From: Myxococcota bacterium
GTDB lineage: Bacteria > Myxococcota_A > UBA9160 > UBA4427
Direction: 5' to 3'
Assembly: GCA_965250285.1 (NCBI GenBank)
Contig: OZ252299.1
Span: 2,848,001 to 2,912,000, forward strand
DNA: 64,000 bases
Shown here: positions 53,785 to 64,000 of the stretch, piece after piece
How positions within the stretch are numbered: the first letter of the stretch is position 1
Layout: every line of letters begins with the position of its first letter
The notes under the pieces: model-generated
The model's database searches: none
What the model was told of the DNA's origin: nothing
What the model saw: only the letters and a program-made list of their open reading frames with translations
Made by a program: the position numbers and the translations under genes

Positions 53785-55302
53785 TTGGACAACGACGACG
53801 CCTACGGCTGGCTGGATTCGCTCGACGGCGCGTTCTCGAGCTGGCTGGTCACGCCGATCGAGAGCGTGCTCTTCTTCGACCTGGCCTTCTGGGACAACGG
53901 CCAGCCCGACGAGCTGAACCTGCCCGTCGTCGTCGTCTGGCTCGTGTTGGGCGCGATCTACTTCACGCTGAAGTTCCAGTTCGTGAACTTCCGAGCCTTT
54001 CGTCACGCGATCGATTGCGTACGCGGCAAGTACACCGACCCGCACGAGCACGGCGAGATCTCGCACTTCCAGGCGCTGTCTGCCGCGCTCTCGGCCACGG
54101 TCGGCCTCGGCAACATCGCCGGCGTGGCGGTGGCGGTCGGCATCGGAGGCCCAGGCGCCGTCTTCTGGATGATCGTCGCCGGCTTCCTCGGCATGTCCTC
54201 GAAGTTCGCCGAGTGCTCCCTCGGACAGAAGTATCGAATCGAGCGCGGCGACGGGCACGTGATCGGCGGGCCCATGATCTACCTGCGCGACGGCCTCGCC
54301 GAGCTCGGCTGGGGCCGACTCGGCCAGGGGCTCTCGATCGTCTTCGCGGTGATGTGCATCGGCGGTAGCTTCGGCGGGGGCAACATGTTCCAGTCGAATC
54401 AGGCGTTCCTGATCGTGTCGGAGCAGATCCCGTGGCTGGCCGCGAACGGCAAGATCGGCGCGGCGATCTTCGGCGCGCTCCTCGCCGGTCTCGTCGGCCT
54501 CGTCATCATCGGCGGCATCAAGCGCATCGGCGAAGTCGCGGGTGTGCTCGTGCCCTTCATGTGCGTCGTCTACGTCGTCGCGGGCGTGACGATCCTGATC
54601 ATGCACGCCGCCGAAGTCCCGGGCGCATTCGGCGTCATCGTCGGCAAGGCCTTCTCGCTCGAAGCGGGCTTCGGCGGCCTCGTCGGCGCCTTGATCCAGG
54701 GGTTTCGACGCGCCGCCTTCAGCAACGAGGCCGGGACGGGCTCGGCGAGCATCGCCCACTCGGCCGCTCGCACCGACGAGCCGGTGAGAGAGGGCATCGT
54801 CGCGCTGCTCGAGCCCTTCATCGACACGATCATCGTCTGCACGACCACGGCGCTCGTGCTCGTCGTGACGGGGGCCTACGCCGACCCCGAGGCGGGCAGT
54901 GGTATCGCGATGACGGCCTCGGCGTTTGCGACGGTCTGGCCGTGGTTTCCGGCCGTGCTTTCCGTGACCGCCGTGCTCTTCGCGTTCTCGACGATGATTT
55001 CGTGGAGCTACTACGGCGAGCAGTGCTGGATCCGGCTCTTCGGGCGCTCGAGCCTGATCGTGTATCAGTCGATCTTTCTGTTCTTCACCTGGGCCGGAGC
55101 CGTCTTCAGCGCGACGGCGGTCCTCACCTTCGGCGACCTCATGGTGCTCGGGATGGCCTTCCCCAACATCCTCGGCGTGGTGATGCTGTCGGGGCGGCTC
55201 AAGGTCGACCTCGACGTCTACATGGAGCGCCTGCGGTCGGGCGCATTCCGCCGCTACGACAAGGCGGTGGCCGCCGTCGACCCCGGAGCGGTGGCCGACT
55301 GA
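53785..55302 (+). CDS. Alanine/glycine:cation symporter (AGCS family)
   Basis: GEISHFQALSAALSATVGLGNIAGVA, GGPGAVFWM, GGPM.YL, FSNEAG.GS..IAH, LFAFSTMISWSYYG. TTG start inferred. Confidence 0.93.
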   Translation: MDNDDAYGWLDSLDGAFSSWLVTPIESVLFFDLAFWDNGQPDELNLPVVVVWLVLGAIYFTLKFQFVNFRAFRHAIDCVRGKYTDPHEHGEISHFQALSAALSATVGLGNIAGVAVAVGIGGPGAVFWMIVAGFLGMSSKFAECSLGQKYRIERGDGHVIGGPMIYLRDGLAELGWGRLGQGLSIVFAVMCIGGSFGGGNMFQSNQAFLIVSEQIPWLAANGKIGAAIFGALLAGLVGLVIIGGIKRIGEVAGVLVPFMCVVYVVAGVTILIMHAAEVPGAFGVIVGKAFSLEAGFGGLVGALIQGFRRAAFSNEAGTGSASIAHSAARTDEPVREGIVALLEPFIDTIIVCTTTALVLVVTGAYADPEAGSGIAMTASAFATVWPWFPAVLSVTAVLFAFSTMISWSYYGEQCWIRLFGRSSLIVYQSIFLFFTWAGAVFSATAVLTFGDLMVLGMAFPNILGVVMLSGRLKVDLDVYMERLRSGAFRRYDKAVAAVDPGAVAD

Positions 55303-55312
55303 GGCACCGCGC

Positions 55313-57487
55313 TCAGCGGCGAACCATGCGCCGCTCGCCCCGGTCGTGGCCGAGTCGCGCCTCGTGCGCCACATAGGCGAGGATCGCGTTGGCCTCGTCG
55401 GCCGTCATGAAGTCCTTCCACGCCGGCATGCCGTTCACCGCGAGCGAGCCGTCCATGACGATCGACTGCCAGACGGGCTCGAGATCGGCCACGCGATAGC
55501 GCAGATCGGGCACGAGGCCGCCGCTCGTCGCGTTGCCGCCGTGACAGAAGACGCAGTACGTGTCGTAGAGCGCACGCCCTTCGGCGACGCGCTCGGGCGT
55601 TGCCGACGCCATCTCGTGCGCTGGCAGCGCCTGGATCTCGGTCTCGATGAGCGGCAGCGTGCCGTCTTCCCCGAGCTTGAAGACCAGCAGGCGGCTGATG
55701 TTGACCATGTGCTGGGGCCCGCTGATCACGCCGAAGGGCAGACTGCTCTCGCCGCCCCAGCCCTGGGCGACGGCGACGTACTGCTCGCCGTCGATCTCAT
55801 AGGTCACGGGCGAAGCCATGACGCCGCCCTGCACGTCTTCGGACCAGACCTCTTCGCCGGTATCGGCGCGGAACGCCTTGAAGGTGCCGGCCAGATCGCC
55901 CTGGAACACGAGGTTGCCGTGGGTCGAGAGCAGACCGCTGCCCGAGTAGAAGCCACGCGGGACGCGCCAGACTTCCTTCTTCTGCACGGGATCCCAGGCG
56001 ATCAGGATACCGGCCGCGGCCTCCTTCCCGATGGGTGCGCGCGCCTCGGCCGGCACCTCGTCCGGCAGCGCGACCAGCGGCGCCGAGGCGTAGTTCACGT
56101 GCCAGATGGTGTCGCGCTCGGTGAGGTCGAGATCGTCCAGGTAGATGCCGCTCGACACCTTGGCCGGGATGTAGACCAGCCCGGTATCGGGGCTGTACGA
56201 CATCGGATGCCAGTTGTGTGCGCCGGACGGCCCCGGGATGAGCGTCTGCGGCGTCTCTGTGTTGCGGGCGTTCTCCGCCTCGACGGGTCGCCCCGTCTCC
56301 ATGTCGACGTGGGTCGCCCAGGTGACGGGCATGTACTTGTCAGCGGCGAGCAGCTCGCCCGTCTCTCGGTCGACGACGTAGAAGAAGCCGTTCTTCGGGG
56401 CCTGCATCAGCACCTTGCGCGGTTCACCTTCCCAGTCGAGCTCGGCCAGGATCATGTGCTGCGTCGCCGTGTAGTCCCAGTGATCGCCGGGCGTCGTCTG
56501 GTAGTGCCAGCGGTACTCGCCCGTATCCGCATCGACGGCGACGATCGACGAGACGAACAGGTTGTCTCCGCCCTCCGGGCTTCGCAGCTTCGAGTTCCAA
56601 GTCGCCGAGTTGCCGACGCCGATGTAGAGCAGGTTGAGCTCGGGATCGAAGGCGAACGAATCCCAGGCGGTGCCGCCGCCCTTGCCGTTCTTCCACCACT
56701 CGCCCGTCCACGTCTTCGCGATCATTTCCTGGGTTTCGTCTTCGAAGCCCATCTCGGGATTGCCGGGAACGGTGAAGAAACGCCACGCCTGCTGGCCGTC
56801 CTCGACGTCGTACGCGGTGACGTAGCCGCGCACGCTCATCTCGGCGCCGCCGTTGCCGATGATCGCCTTGCCGTTCACGACGCGGGGCGCGCCGGTGATC
56901 GTGTACGAGTCGGTGTCGTTGATCCGGGTATCGACCTCCCACACGACTTCACCGGTGTCGCGATCGAGGGCGCGCAGACGGCCGTCGAGACTCGCGGCGA
57001 TGACCTTGTCTCCCCACAGCGCGACGCCGCGGTTCACGACGTCGCAGCACGCGTGTCGGCCGTAGTCCTTGGGCACCTCGGGATCGAAGTGCCAGAGCAG
57101 CTCTCCTGTCTTGGCGTCGTAAGCGAGCACGTGCCCCCAGCTCGCCGTCACGTAGATGCGACCATTCGACACGAGCGGCGTCGTCTCGATGCCGCGCTTC
57201 GTCGGCAGATCGGCGTACCACGCCAGCCCGAGATCTGAGACGGTCTCGACATTCACCTGATCGAGCGGCGAGAAGCGCTGTTCGCCGTAGGTCCGACCAT
57301 GGCTCAGCCACTCGCCGGCCGATTCGTCCGCGGCGATGATGGCCGCCGCATCGACCAGAGGCGCTTCGGCTGCGGCCGTCGCCGGCGCTTCGGCCGGCGG
57401 CGTCGACGGCGCGTCGTCGTTCGAGCAGGCGGCGACCGATGCGATCACGGCAATGAGGATCAGATTCGTCGGGCGGATGCGGGCCAT
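55313..57487 (-). CDS. Type II quinohemoprotein alcohol dehydrogenase (PQQ + C-terminal cytochrome c), lipoprotein
   Basis: VAAC lipobox, ACCDVVNRG vicinal disulfide, GGTAWD, WDYTATQ, APKNGFFYV, GAHNWHPMS, C-terminal CVFCH and MP motif. Confidence 0.93.
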   Translation of the reverse strand: MARIRPTNLILIAVIASVAACSNDDAPSTPPAEAPATAAAEAPLVDAAAIIAADESAGEWLSHGRTYGEQRFSPLDQVNVETVSDLGLAWYADLPTKRGIETTPLVSNGRIYVTASWGHVLAYDAKTGELLWHFDPEVPKDYGRHACCDVVNRGVALWGDKVIAASLDGRLRALDRDTGEVVWEVDTRINDTDSYTITGAPRVVNGKAIIGNGGAEMSVRGYVTAYDVEDGQQAWRFFTVPGNPEMGFEDETQEMIAKTWTGEWWKNGKGGGTAWDSFAFDPELNLLYIGVGNSATWNSKLRSPEGGDNLFVSSIVAVDADTGEYRWHYQTTPGDHWDYTATQHMILAELDWEGEPRKVLMQAPKNGFFYVVDRETGELLAADKYMPVTWATHVDMETGRPVEAENARNTETPQTLIPGPSGAHNWHPMSYSPDTGLVYIPAKVSSGIYLDDLDLTERDTIWHVNYASAPLVALPDEVPAEARAPIGKEAAAGILIAWDPVQKKEVWRVPRGFYSGSGLLSTHGNLVFQGDLAGTFKAFRADTGEEVWSEDVQGGVMASPVTYEIDGEQYVAVAQGWGGESSLPFGVISGPQHMVNISRLLVFKLGEDGTLPLIETEIQALPAHEMASATPERVAEGRALYDTYCVFCHGGNATSGGLVPDLRYRVADLEPVWQSIVMDGSLAVNGMPAWKDFMTADEANAILAYVAHEARLGHDRGERRMVRR

Positions 57488-57629
57488 GGGGCAACTCCGA
57501 AACGGTGCTCGGGCCCGACCTCGAACTCGGGTCGGGCGCCTCGCGGGATTGATGCTGCCTGCAGTATGGCAGAGGCGAGCGGTCCCCTCGTCCCCACCTG
57601 AATGGGGGCGCCCCCCCTCAGCAATGGGA

Positions 57630-58415
57630 TCACTCGAACTCGTCGGCGAAGCGAATCGTTCCGCTCAGCAGACCATCGACGACGATGTCCGAGCCGCCGG
57701 TCTTGAACATCCACTCGAGTCGATGATCGCGGTACTGCCGCACGACGTCGCCCGGCCCGTGCTCGGCGAGCCGCTGCATCGCCTCACGCGCTTCATCGAG
57801 GACGCGCCGCGTGCTCTCCCGCTCACCCGCACGGGCGAGCCAGGCGGCGAGCTTCGGCCGCCGATCGTCGACCGCGTAGCCCAGCTGCTGCGAGAGCAGA
57901 ACGTGGGGGAACACCGCGGCATCTCCGCGGCCGAACGCCTCACCGTTGAACCAGGGGCGCCCTTCGAGCTCGCGGTCGAGGCGATTCCAGAGCCGCTGCA
58001 GCTGGAGCCCGGCGCGCGTGAGCAGCGTGCCCTCGCGGTCGCCCGCGGCGCGGCCGAAGAGCTTCAGTTCGCCGATCCCCCAGTTCACGGCTTCGTACTC
58101 GCCGTCCATCATCTCTTCGAGCATGCGAACGCGGGCACGCTCCGCTGCCTGGGGTGGCGAGGTCTGCTGGTTCTCGTAGCGCTCGTCGAGGTACTCGAGG
58201 ATCACGGTCGAGTCGAAGAGACGCGCGTCGCCGTCGACGAGGGCCGGCACCTCGCGGCGCGGGCTCGCCATCACGAACTCCTGAAAGACCTCGTCCTCGG
58301 TCGGCGCATGCACGTCGACCGCCACGCGCTCGAAGGGCAGCCCCTTCTCATAGAGGACGATCTTGACCTTCTGGACGTAGGGCGAGAGAGGATGTTCGAA
58401 GAGCTTGATCGCCAT
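57630..58415 (-). CDS. Glutathione S-transferase family protein
   Basis: KLFEHPLSPYVQKVKI.L.EKG, EVPALVDG, DSTVILEYLDE, WF.GE.FG..DAA. Confidence 0.9.
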   Translation of the reverse strand: MAIKLFEHPLSPYVQKVKIVLYEKGLPFERVAVDVHAPTEDEVFQEFVMASPRREVPALVDGDARLFDSTVILEYLDERYENQQTSPPQAAERARVRMLEEMMDGEYEAVNWGIGELKLFGRAAGDREGTLLTRAGLQLQRLWNRLDRELEGRPWFNGEAFGRGDAAVFPHVLLSQQLGYAVDDRRPKLAAWLARAGERESTRRVLDEAREAMQRLAEHGPGDVVRQYRDHRLEWMFKTGGSDIVVDGLLSGTIRFADEFE

Positions 58416-58521
58416 TCGCAGGGCCCGCACCGGCCACGCGCGCGGCGGCGGTCGCACCGCGGCGCGCGTGCTGACGCCGCGGGGGCGGCTCGTGCTCACC
58501 GGCCCCGCGGCACGCCGTCCT

Positions 58522-59334
58522 CTATTTCACGCTGATGACATGCTCAGCGCTGAACTTCACGCGACCCGACTTGCCCGTGTAGCCACCGAGCGGCTGATCG
58601 CCGTACATCGGGTTCGACTTGGTCGACAGCCCGATCGCCTTCTCGGTCCCGAAGAGATAGGCCCCGACCAGCGGGTAGTTGCCCGGCTTGTCGGGCGCCT
58701 TCAGGGTGAAGATGACCTTCGCCTTTGCCCAGTCGCCTGCGTCGGCGTCGCTCTTCCAGTCGGTGATGTTCACGTACGTGATCGCACGACCGAAGCGCTC
58801 GGGGCGCCGCGAGAGCCAGTCGGTCTGGGGGCTCCCATTCGGCCCGATGATCGTCGGCGCGCCGACGACCTGCCAACCGGCGGACGAAGCGGGCTTCGCG
58901 TACCAGCGGTGCGCGCGGTCGACGAGCGCGACACCCACCACCGGCCCGGCACCGCCCGTGACGCGCGCGGTGATCTGGAACGTCTCGCCGGGGGCGACCT
59001 GCGGCGGGAACTCGATCTCGATCGTCGAGTTCGCGTCGACGGCCTTCAACAGCTCGACGAGCTGGGCGCGCTGCGCCTCGGAGAGCTCACCGTAGGCCTT
59101 GTTGCCACCCGCCACGAGCGCGTAGTGCTTGTTGGCCGCCACCTCCTTCTCGGCGCGGTCGCCGGGCACGCCCGCGAGATCCTTGGGCGACGACGACGAG
59201 TGACACGCCGCGCAGAACGGGGCGACGTCGGTCTGGAAGTCGGGCGTTCCGCCGGGGTAGCCGAACGCCGGCGCGGTGACGCCCATCGACAACGCGGCCA
59301 GCAGGGCGATTCTCCAGCTCGATTGGAACGGCAT
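58522..59334 (-). CDS. Exported protein with a single N-terminal CxxCH motif and beta-sandwich (reeler-like) body
   Basis: Signal peptide ending PAFG, YPGGTP...FCAACH, P.QVAPGETFQITARVTG, FTLKAPDKPG.Y. Confidence 0.7.
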   Translation of the reverse strand: MPFQSSWRIALLAALSMGVTAPAFGYPGGTPDFQTDVAPFCAACHSSSSPKDLAGVPGDRAEKEVAANKHYALVAGGNKAYGELSEAQRAQLVELLKAVDANSTIEIEFPPQVAPGETFQITARVTGGAGPVVGVALVDRAHRWYAKPASSAGWQVVGAPTIIGPNGSPQTDWLSRRPERFGRAITYVNITDWKSDADAGDWAKAKVIFTLKAPDKPGNYPLVGAYLFGTEKAIGLSTKSNPMYGDQPLGGYTGKSGRVKFSAEHVISVK

Positions 59335-59346
59335 GGTTCGATCTCC

Positions 59347-59946
59347 TCAGTTCTTGAATTCGGAGTGGCAGTTTGCGCACTGATTTCGCACGTGCGCGAG
59401 GTCGAGAAAGTGAAACTCGGCATCACCGGGCTCATGTGACTGATGGCACTGCACACAGTCGACGCCGAGCTCGCGGTTGTGCACGCCGAGCTCGTGAAAC
59501 CGCGGTCGAGGCAGACCCGACGGCGTCTCGTCGAAGTGGGGATGGCACTGGGTGCAGTCGGCGTCGACGAGCGGCGTCGACATGTGATCGGGTTCGTCGA
59601 AGTCGCCGCTCAACCAGACGAGGGCGTCCCTTGCCGCGAGCATCTTGACGCGGGCCTTGCCGACGAAGCCCACGCCGCCATGACAGTCGATGCACCGCGC
59701 CGGATCGGGCGGGCTCATGTCGGCGCGGATCATCGAGGCATGCAGCCCGGCCAGATTCACGGGCGGGCGTTGATCGAAATCCTCGCGAATCACGAGGTGC
59801 AGCGGGGGCCCGCCATCCGGGAGGTGACAGGCGTTGCAGAAGTCGTTCTGTCGCTCCACGGCGTCGCTCACCACCCAGCCGGTCGGCGCACCGATCACCG
59901 CGAACATCGCCGCGATCCAGACGAGCCGACCTCGCTTCGCGCTCAC
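59347..59946 (-). CDS. Membrane-anchored pentaheme c-type cytochrome (NapC/NrfH-like N-terminus)
   Basis: N-terminal TM, then NDFCNACH, CIDCH, CTQCH, CVQCH, CANCH. Start uncertain (GTG 59946). Confidence 0.8.
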   Translation of the reverse strand: MSAKRGRLVWIAAMFAVIGAPTGWVVSDAVERQNDFCNACHLPDGGPPLHLVIREDFDQRPPVNLAGLHASMIRADMSPPDPARCIDCHGGVGFVGKARVKMLAARDALVWLSGDFDEPDHMSTPLVDADCTQCHPHFDETPSGLPRPRFHELGVHNRELGVDCVQCHQSHEPGDAEFHFLDLAHVRNQCANCHSEFKN

Positions 59947-60257
59947 GGGATCGAGAACCTCCCTGGGCGCCCATGGCGAGACGGAATCCCCGAACTGCCC
60001 ACCCGGCAGCGGGAGCCCGCCCCTCACCCCGGCGAAAACGGTCGCACACGGCGGTGCCGCAGAACAGCCTCGGGTGGTCGGTCGAAGCGCTCACCGACCG
60101 CCCCGATCGAAGCTCCATCGGCCACTCGCCCTGCTAGTCTGAGCGGCCCGGGCCATTTCGGCCCGAATCGCGAGGCCCAGTGTGTGGTTCGGGTCACATC
60201 CGGGCCGGACGCCGAGCGGGTGAGGCCGTCACGAGGCCGCAATAGAGAGGGAACGAC

Positions 60258-61151
60258 GTGAGCGCATCGACCACCGAGATCGGCCGTCTGGGCGTCTGGA
60301 CCTGGCTTGACGGCATGTCCGCCGAGCAGGCAGCGGTCTTTGCCCAGCGCATCGAGGCCTGGGGCTACACGGCGCTGTGGATCCCCGAGGCCGTCGGCCG
60401 CGAGCCCTTCTCGTTCATCGGCTACCTCGCTGCGCAGACGTCGAAGCTGGTGCTGGCCACCGGCATCGCGAACGTCTACGCCCGCGACCCGATGACCACG
60501 AACGCCGTGCGGCAGACTCTCGGCGAGCTGGCGCCCGGACGCTTCGTCATGGGCCTCGGTGTCTCGCATGGGCATCTGGTGGCCGGGGTGCGCGGCCACG
60601 AGTACAGCTCGAAGCCGGTTTCGATGATGCGCGACTACCTCGAGAAGATGGATTCGGCGCTCTACATGGGCACGAAGCCGGCCGAGCCTGCGCCGATCGT
60701 GCTCGCAGCCCTGCGCGACAAGATGCTCGGCCTCGCAGCGAGCGCGACCGCTGGAGCACATCCGTACTTCGTGCCCCCCGAGCACACCGCGCGCGCGAGA
60801 GAGGTGCTGGGCAGCGACGCATGGCTCTGCCCCGAGCAGATGGTTCTGCTCGAGACCGACCCGACGGTCGCCCGCCAGGTCGCACGGCAGAACATGGAGG
60901 TCTACATCCGCCTGCCCAACTACCAGAACAACCTGCGGCAGTTCGGCTTCGGCGACGAAGACTTCGAGAATGGCGGCAGCGACAAGCTGGTCGATGCCAT
61001 CGTGTGCTGGGGCGACGAGAAGGCGATCGCCGACCGCATTCAGGCCCACTACGACGCGGGGGCCGATCACGTGTGCATCCAGCCCTTCAAGGTCGACGGC
61101 CCCGGTCCCGACGAACGCCTGCTCGAGATCTTCGCGCCGGCGAAGAACTGA
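60258..61151 (+). CDS. LLM class probable F420-dependent oxidoreductase (MSMEG_4141-like)
   Basis: [63 protein letters not shown]. Confidence 0.9.
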   Translation: MSASTTEIGRLGVWTWLDGMSAEQAAVFAQRIEAWGYTALWIPEAVGREPFSFIGYLAAQTSKLVLATGIANVYARDPMTTNAVRQTLGELAPGRFVMGLGVSHGHLVAGVRGHEYSSKPVSMMRDYLEKMDSALYMGTKPAEPAPIVLAALRDKMLGLAASATAGAHPYFVPPEHTARAREVLGSDAWLCPEQMVLLETDPTVARQVARQNMEVYIRLPNYQNNLRQFGFGDEDFENGGSDKLVDAIVCWGDEKAIADRIQAHYDAGADHVCIQPFKVDGPGPDERLLEIFAPAKN

Positions 61152-61222
61152 CGCCCCAAGAGTCGCCCACACAGACCCGGGACGTTCGCCCGCGAAGACG
61201 CCCGAGCACGGAGGCCATGTCG

Positions 61223-62458
61223 ATGGCACGCATCAACGAAAACTATCAGAAGCTCCAGGCGGGGTACCTCTTCCCCGAGATCGGGCGCCGCGTATCGGCA
61301 TTCGCCGAGAAGAACCCCGACGCGTCGATCATCCGACTCGGGATCGGCGACGTGACCCTTCCGCTCGTTCCGGCGGTCGTCGAAGCGTTGCACGCCGCCG
61401 TCGACGAGATGGGAAGCGAGGCCGGCTTCCACGGCTACGGCCCGGAGAACGGGTACGACTTCCTCACGGACGCGATCGCCGAGACCGACTACCAGGCGCG
61501 CGGCGTCGACATCGCTCCCGGTGACATCTTCGTCTCGGACGGCTCGAAGCAGGACAGCGGCAACATCCAGGAGATCTTCGGAACCGATTGCACGATCTCG
61601 GTCACGGATCCTTCCTATCCGGTCTACGTCGACACGAATGTGATGGCCGGTCGCACCGGTGAGGCCGACCACTCGGGCAGCTACGCGGGCATCCTCTACC
61701 TGCCGGCGAACGAAGAGAACGGCTTCATGCCCGGCCCGCCGGACGAGCGCGTCGACATGGCCTACCTCTGCTCGCCGAACAACCCGACGGGCGCGGTCGC
61801 GACGAAGGCGAACCTCACGGATTGGGTCGAGTGGGCGCGCTCGAACGATGCGGTGATTCTGTTCGACGCCGCCTACGACGCGTTCATCCAGGATCCGGCC
61901 CTGCCCCGCTCGATCTTCGAGATCGAGGGCGCCCGCGAATGCGCAATCGAGATGCGCAGCTTCTCGAAGCGTGCCGGGTTCACCGGCATGCGGTGCGCCT
62001 ACACGGTGATCCCCGATGAGTGCACGGGGTCGACGGCGACCGGCGAGCGCGTGCCCTTCAAGCAGCTATGGGCCAGGCGCCACGCGACGAAGTTCAACTC
62101 GGTGCCGTACATCGTGCAGCGCGCGGCCGCGGCGACCCTCGTCGGCGAAGGCGCCAAGCAAACGGCCGAGCAGGTCGCCTACTACCAGGAGAATGCGCGG
62201 CGCATTCGAGAGGGCCTCTCGGCGGCGGGCTTCACCGTGTTCGCCGGTGAGCACGCCCCCTACATCTGGATGAAGACGCCCGAAGGGCTCTCGAGCTGGG
62301 ACTGCTTCGATCAGCTGCTCGAGCGCGCCCACGTCGTCGGCACGCCGGGCTCGGGCTTCGGGCCGTCGGGCGAGGGCTACTTCCGTATCTCGGCGTTCAA
62401 CAGCCACGCGAACGTCGACGAAGCCATCGAGCGCATCAAGAACGCGTTCAGCAGCTGA
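61223..62458 (+). CDS. dapL: LL-diaminopimelate aminotransferase
   Basis: [82 protein letters not shown]. Confidence 0.96.
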   Translation: MARINENYQKLQAGYLFPEIGRRVSAFAEKNPDASIIRLGIGDVTLPLVPAVVEALHAAVDEMGSEAGFHGYGPENGYDFLTDAIAETDYQARGVDIAPGDIFVSDGSKQDSGNIQEIFGTDCTISVTDPSYPVYVDTNVMAGRTGEADHSGSYAGILYLPANEENGFMPGPPDERVDMAYLCSPNNPTGAVATKANLTDWVEWARSNDAVILFDAAYDAFIQDPALPRSIFEIEGARECAIEMRSFSKRAGFTGMRCAYTVIPDECTGSTATGERVPFKQLWARRHATKFNSVPYIVQRAAAATLVGEGAKQTAEQVAYYQENARRIREGLSAAGFTVFAGEHAPYIWMKTPEGLSSWDCFDQLLERAHVVGTPGSGFGPSGEGYFRISAFNSHANVDEAIERIKNAFSS

Positions 62459-62622
62459 ACCCGATGCGCAGCGTCGCAGGATCCGGGCGGGCCCGGTCGG
62501 CCGGGCGGCTGGCCGGGCCCGTCGAGCATCGGGGGGCCGCCCGCGGCCCCTCCCCTCGAGCGAACCCTCGACACCTGCTCGACCCAGGCGGCGGCCACGT
62601 ACGTCAGAGAGGCTCCGCTGCG

Positions 62623-63456
62623 ATGGGCGCAGGCCGACTTCGCCTCGCGGCGGCGCTGGCGGCGGCCTCGCTGCTGGTCGCGTGCCCGGGCCCGCGCGAC
62701 ATGCTCTTCCCCGCTCCGCCTCCGCGCGCGATCGAACCGCAACCGGGGGGGCGCGTGGTCGAGTTCGCGGTCGGCCCCGGCCGCACGGGCTACGCGCTCG
62801 ACCACCCTGCCGCGCCGGGTGCCCCCACCGTGGTCTTCTTCCATGGCAATGGGGATCAGATCGCACACCTGACCGGCCTGGCCGCAGCCATCGCTCGACG
62901 CGGTCTGGGGTTTCACGCCGTCGAGTATCCGGGCTACGGCCCCGCCGCCGACCAGGCCGTGAGTGAAGACGCGATCTACGCAACGGCCGAGGCGGCGTTG
63001 ACCCACCTGCGTGACCGCCTCGACGTCGACCCTGTGCGCACCGTTCTGATGGGCCAATCACTGGGGACGGGCGTCGCGGCCGAGATGGCGAATCGTGGCT
63101 TCGGCGCGCGCGTCATTCTGCTGTCGCCCTTCACGTCGATCCCCGACATGGTCGACCGGCTCTTCTCGGCACCGGCCGGCATCGTCGTGCGCGACGTCTT
63201 CGATACGCGCGCCAAGGCGCCCGACATCGATCAGCCGGTGCTGATCGCGCACGGAGATCTCGATGAGTTGATCCCCGTCGCGATGGCGCACGAGCTCGAT
63301 GCGATCTTCCCCTCGTCGGAGCTCGTCCTCATCGAGCGAGCGGGCCACAACGACGTGTGGCGCGTCGGCGGGCGAACATGGCTCGATCGATTCGAGGCGT
63401 TCGCACGCGGGGCGACGGTCATTCGGCCCGCGGATCCGCAGCCGAGCGAGACCTGA
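62623..63456 (+). CDS. Alpha/beta hydrolase lipoprotein (ABHD17/BEM46-like)
   Basis: LVAC lipobox, FFHGNG, EYPGYG, GQSLG, SPFTS, HG..DE.IP, AGHND. Confidence 0.88.
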   Translation: MGAGRLRLAAALAAASLLVACPGPRDMLFPAPPPRAIEPQPGGRVVEFAVGPGRTGYALDHPAAPGAPTVVFFHGNGDQIAHLTGLAAAIARRGLGFHAVEYPGYGPAADQAVSEDAIYATAEAALTHLRDRLDVDPVRTVLMGQSLGTGVAAEMANRGFGARVILLSPFTSIPDMVDRLFSAPAGIVVRDVFDTRAKAPDIDQPVLIAHGDLDELIPVAMAHELDAIFPSSELVLIERAGHNDVWRVGGRTWLDRFEAFARGATVIRPADPQPSET

Positions 63457-63544
63457 CCATCGTCGAGCGTGCGAGCACGACCCGCATCTTGCGCAGGTGC
63501 AACGAGAGCCCGCGATCGGGTCACCCCGTGATAGGATTCGACCC

Positions 63545-64000
63545 GTGACTCGACGACTCGACCCCACGGCACTCGTGAGATTCGCAGCGATCGGCGCGCT
63601 GCTCGCCATCGCGACATCCGCCGGGTTCGGCGCCGCCGAAGGGCCGTCCTCCGATCTCGGGCTGAGCCCCGAAGAGATCGAGAGCTACGGCGAGCGCGCC
63701 GAGTTCTTTGCAAAGATGCCGAGCTGGGTTCGACCCGACCTCGACTGGCGCGAGCATCTCTCACCCGAGCTGAGGGGAGAGCAGCCCGTCTGGTCCCAGG
63801 CGTACGAAGAGCTCATCATCCGAGACTTCTTCGGTGACAAGCGCGAGGGGGTCTTCGTCGACGTCGGCTGCCACCTGCCTCGCCACATGAGCACGACCTA
63901 TCTGCTCGAGAGCGAGTTCGGCTGGTCGGGCATCGGCATCGACGTCAACGACCAGTTCGCGCCCCACTGGAAGCGCCATCGGCCCCAAACCGCATTCGTA
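63545..64000 (+). CDS. FkbM family methyltransferase with signal-peptide-like N-terminus, 3'-truncated (absent from the ORF track)
   Basis: Manual translation from GTG 63545: ...VRFAAIGALLAIATSAGFGA...WSQAYEELIIRDFFGDKREGVFVDVGC....STTYLLE..FGWSGIGID. Frame is open to the window end. Confidence 0.8.
   Translation, partial: MTRRLDPTALVRFAAIGALLAIATSAGFGAAEGPSSDLGLSPEEIESYGERAEFFAKMPSWVRPDLDWREHLSPELRGEQPVWSQAYEELIIRDFFGDKREGVFVDVGCHLPRHMSTTYLLESEFGWSGIGIDVNDQFAPHWKRHRPQTAFV

Noticed and set aside
56455..56485. Lanthanide-dependent PQQ dehydrogenase
   Set aside because: Active-site motif is WDYT, lacking the extra Asp (D-x-D) of lanthanide enzymes. Calcium-type.

Overview
High-GC (~70%) bacterial chromosomal segment from a diderm: it has a TonB-dependent receptor, lipoproteins, c-type cytochromes and three PEP-CTERM sorting signals. 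It also carries an Actinobacteria-like lipid/aromatic catabolic repertoire (three F420-type LLM oxidoreductases, a KshA-like Rieske oxygenase, acyl-CoA ligases, a sulfotransferase). This mix suggests a Myxococcota/Binatota-like organism (inference only). About 50 CDS are supported, mostly housekeeping or metabolic (glnS, lysA, dapL, clpP, cspA, mltF, GH2, GH3). I found no tRNA, rRNA, CRISPR array, integrase or transposase. The standout locus is 2505-8222, where a cobalamin riboswitch precedes three genes. (i) A single ORF that looks like a two-unit secreted polyprotein: signal peptide, domain 1, internal PEP-CTERM, RRRR, second internal signal peptide, DUF4465/BtuJ-like domain, terminal PEP-CTERM. 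(ii) A BtuB-like TonB receptor. (iii) An uncharacterised, probably beta-propeller lipoprotein. Together they look like an exosortase-anchored version of the Bacteroidota surface B12-capture system. Other leads are a PEP-CTERM-anchored diheme PQQ dehydrogenase, a pentaheme/monoheme/quinohemoprotein cluster, and candidate structured RNAs or sRNAs in two convergent intergenic regions. All family calls come from motifs recognised by eye; no database search was run.
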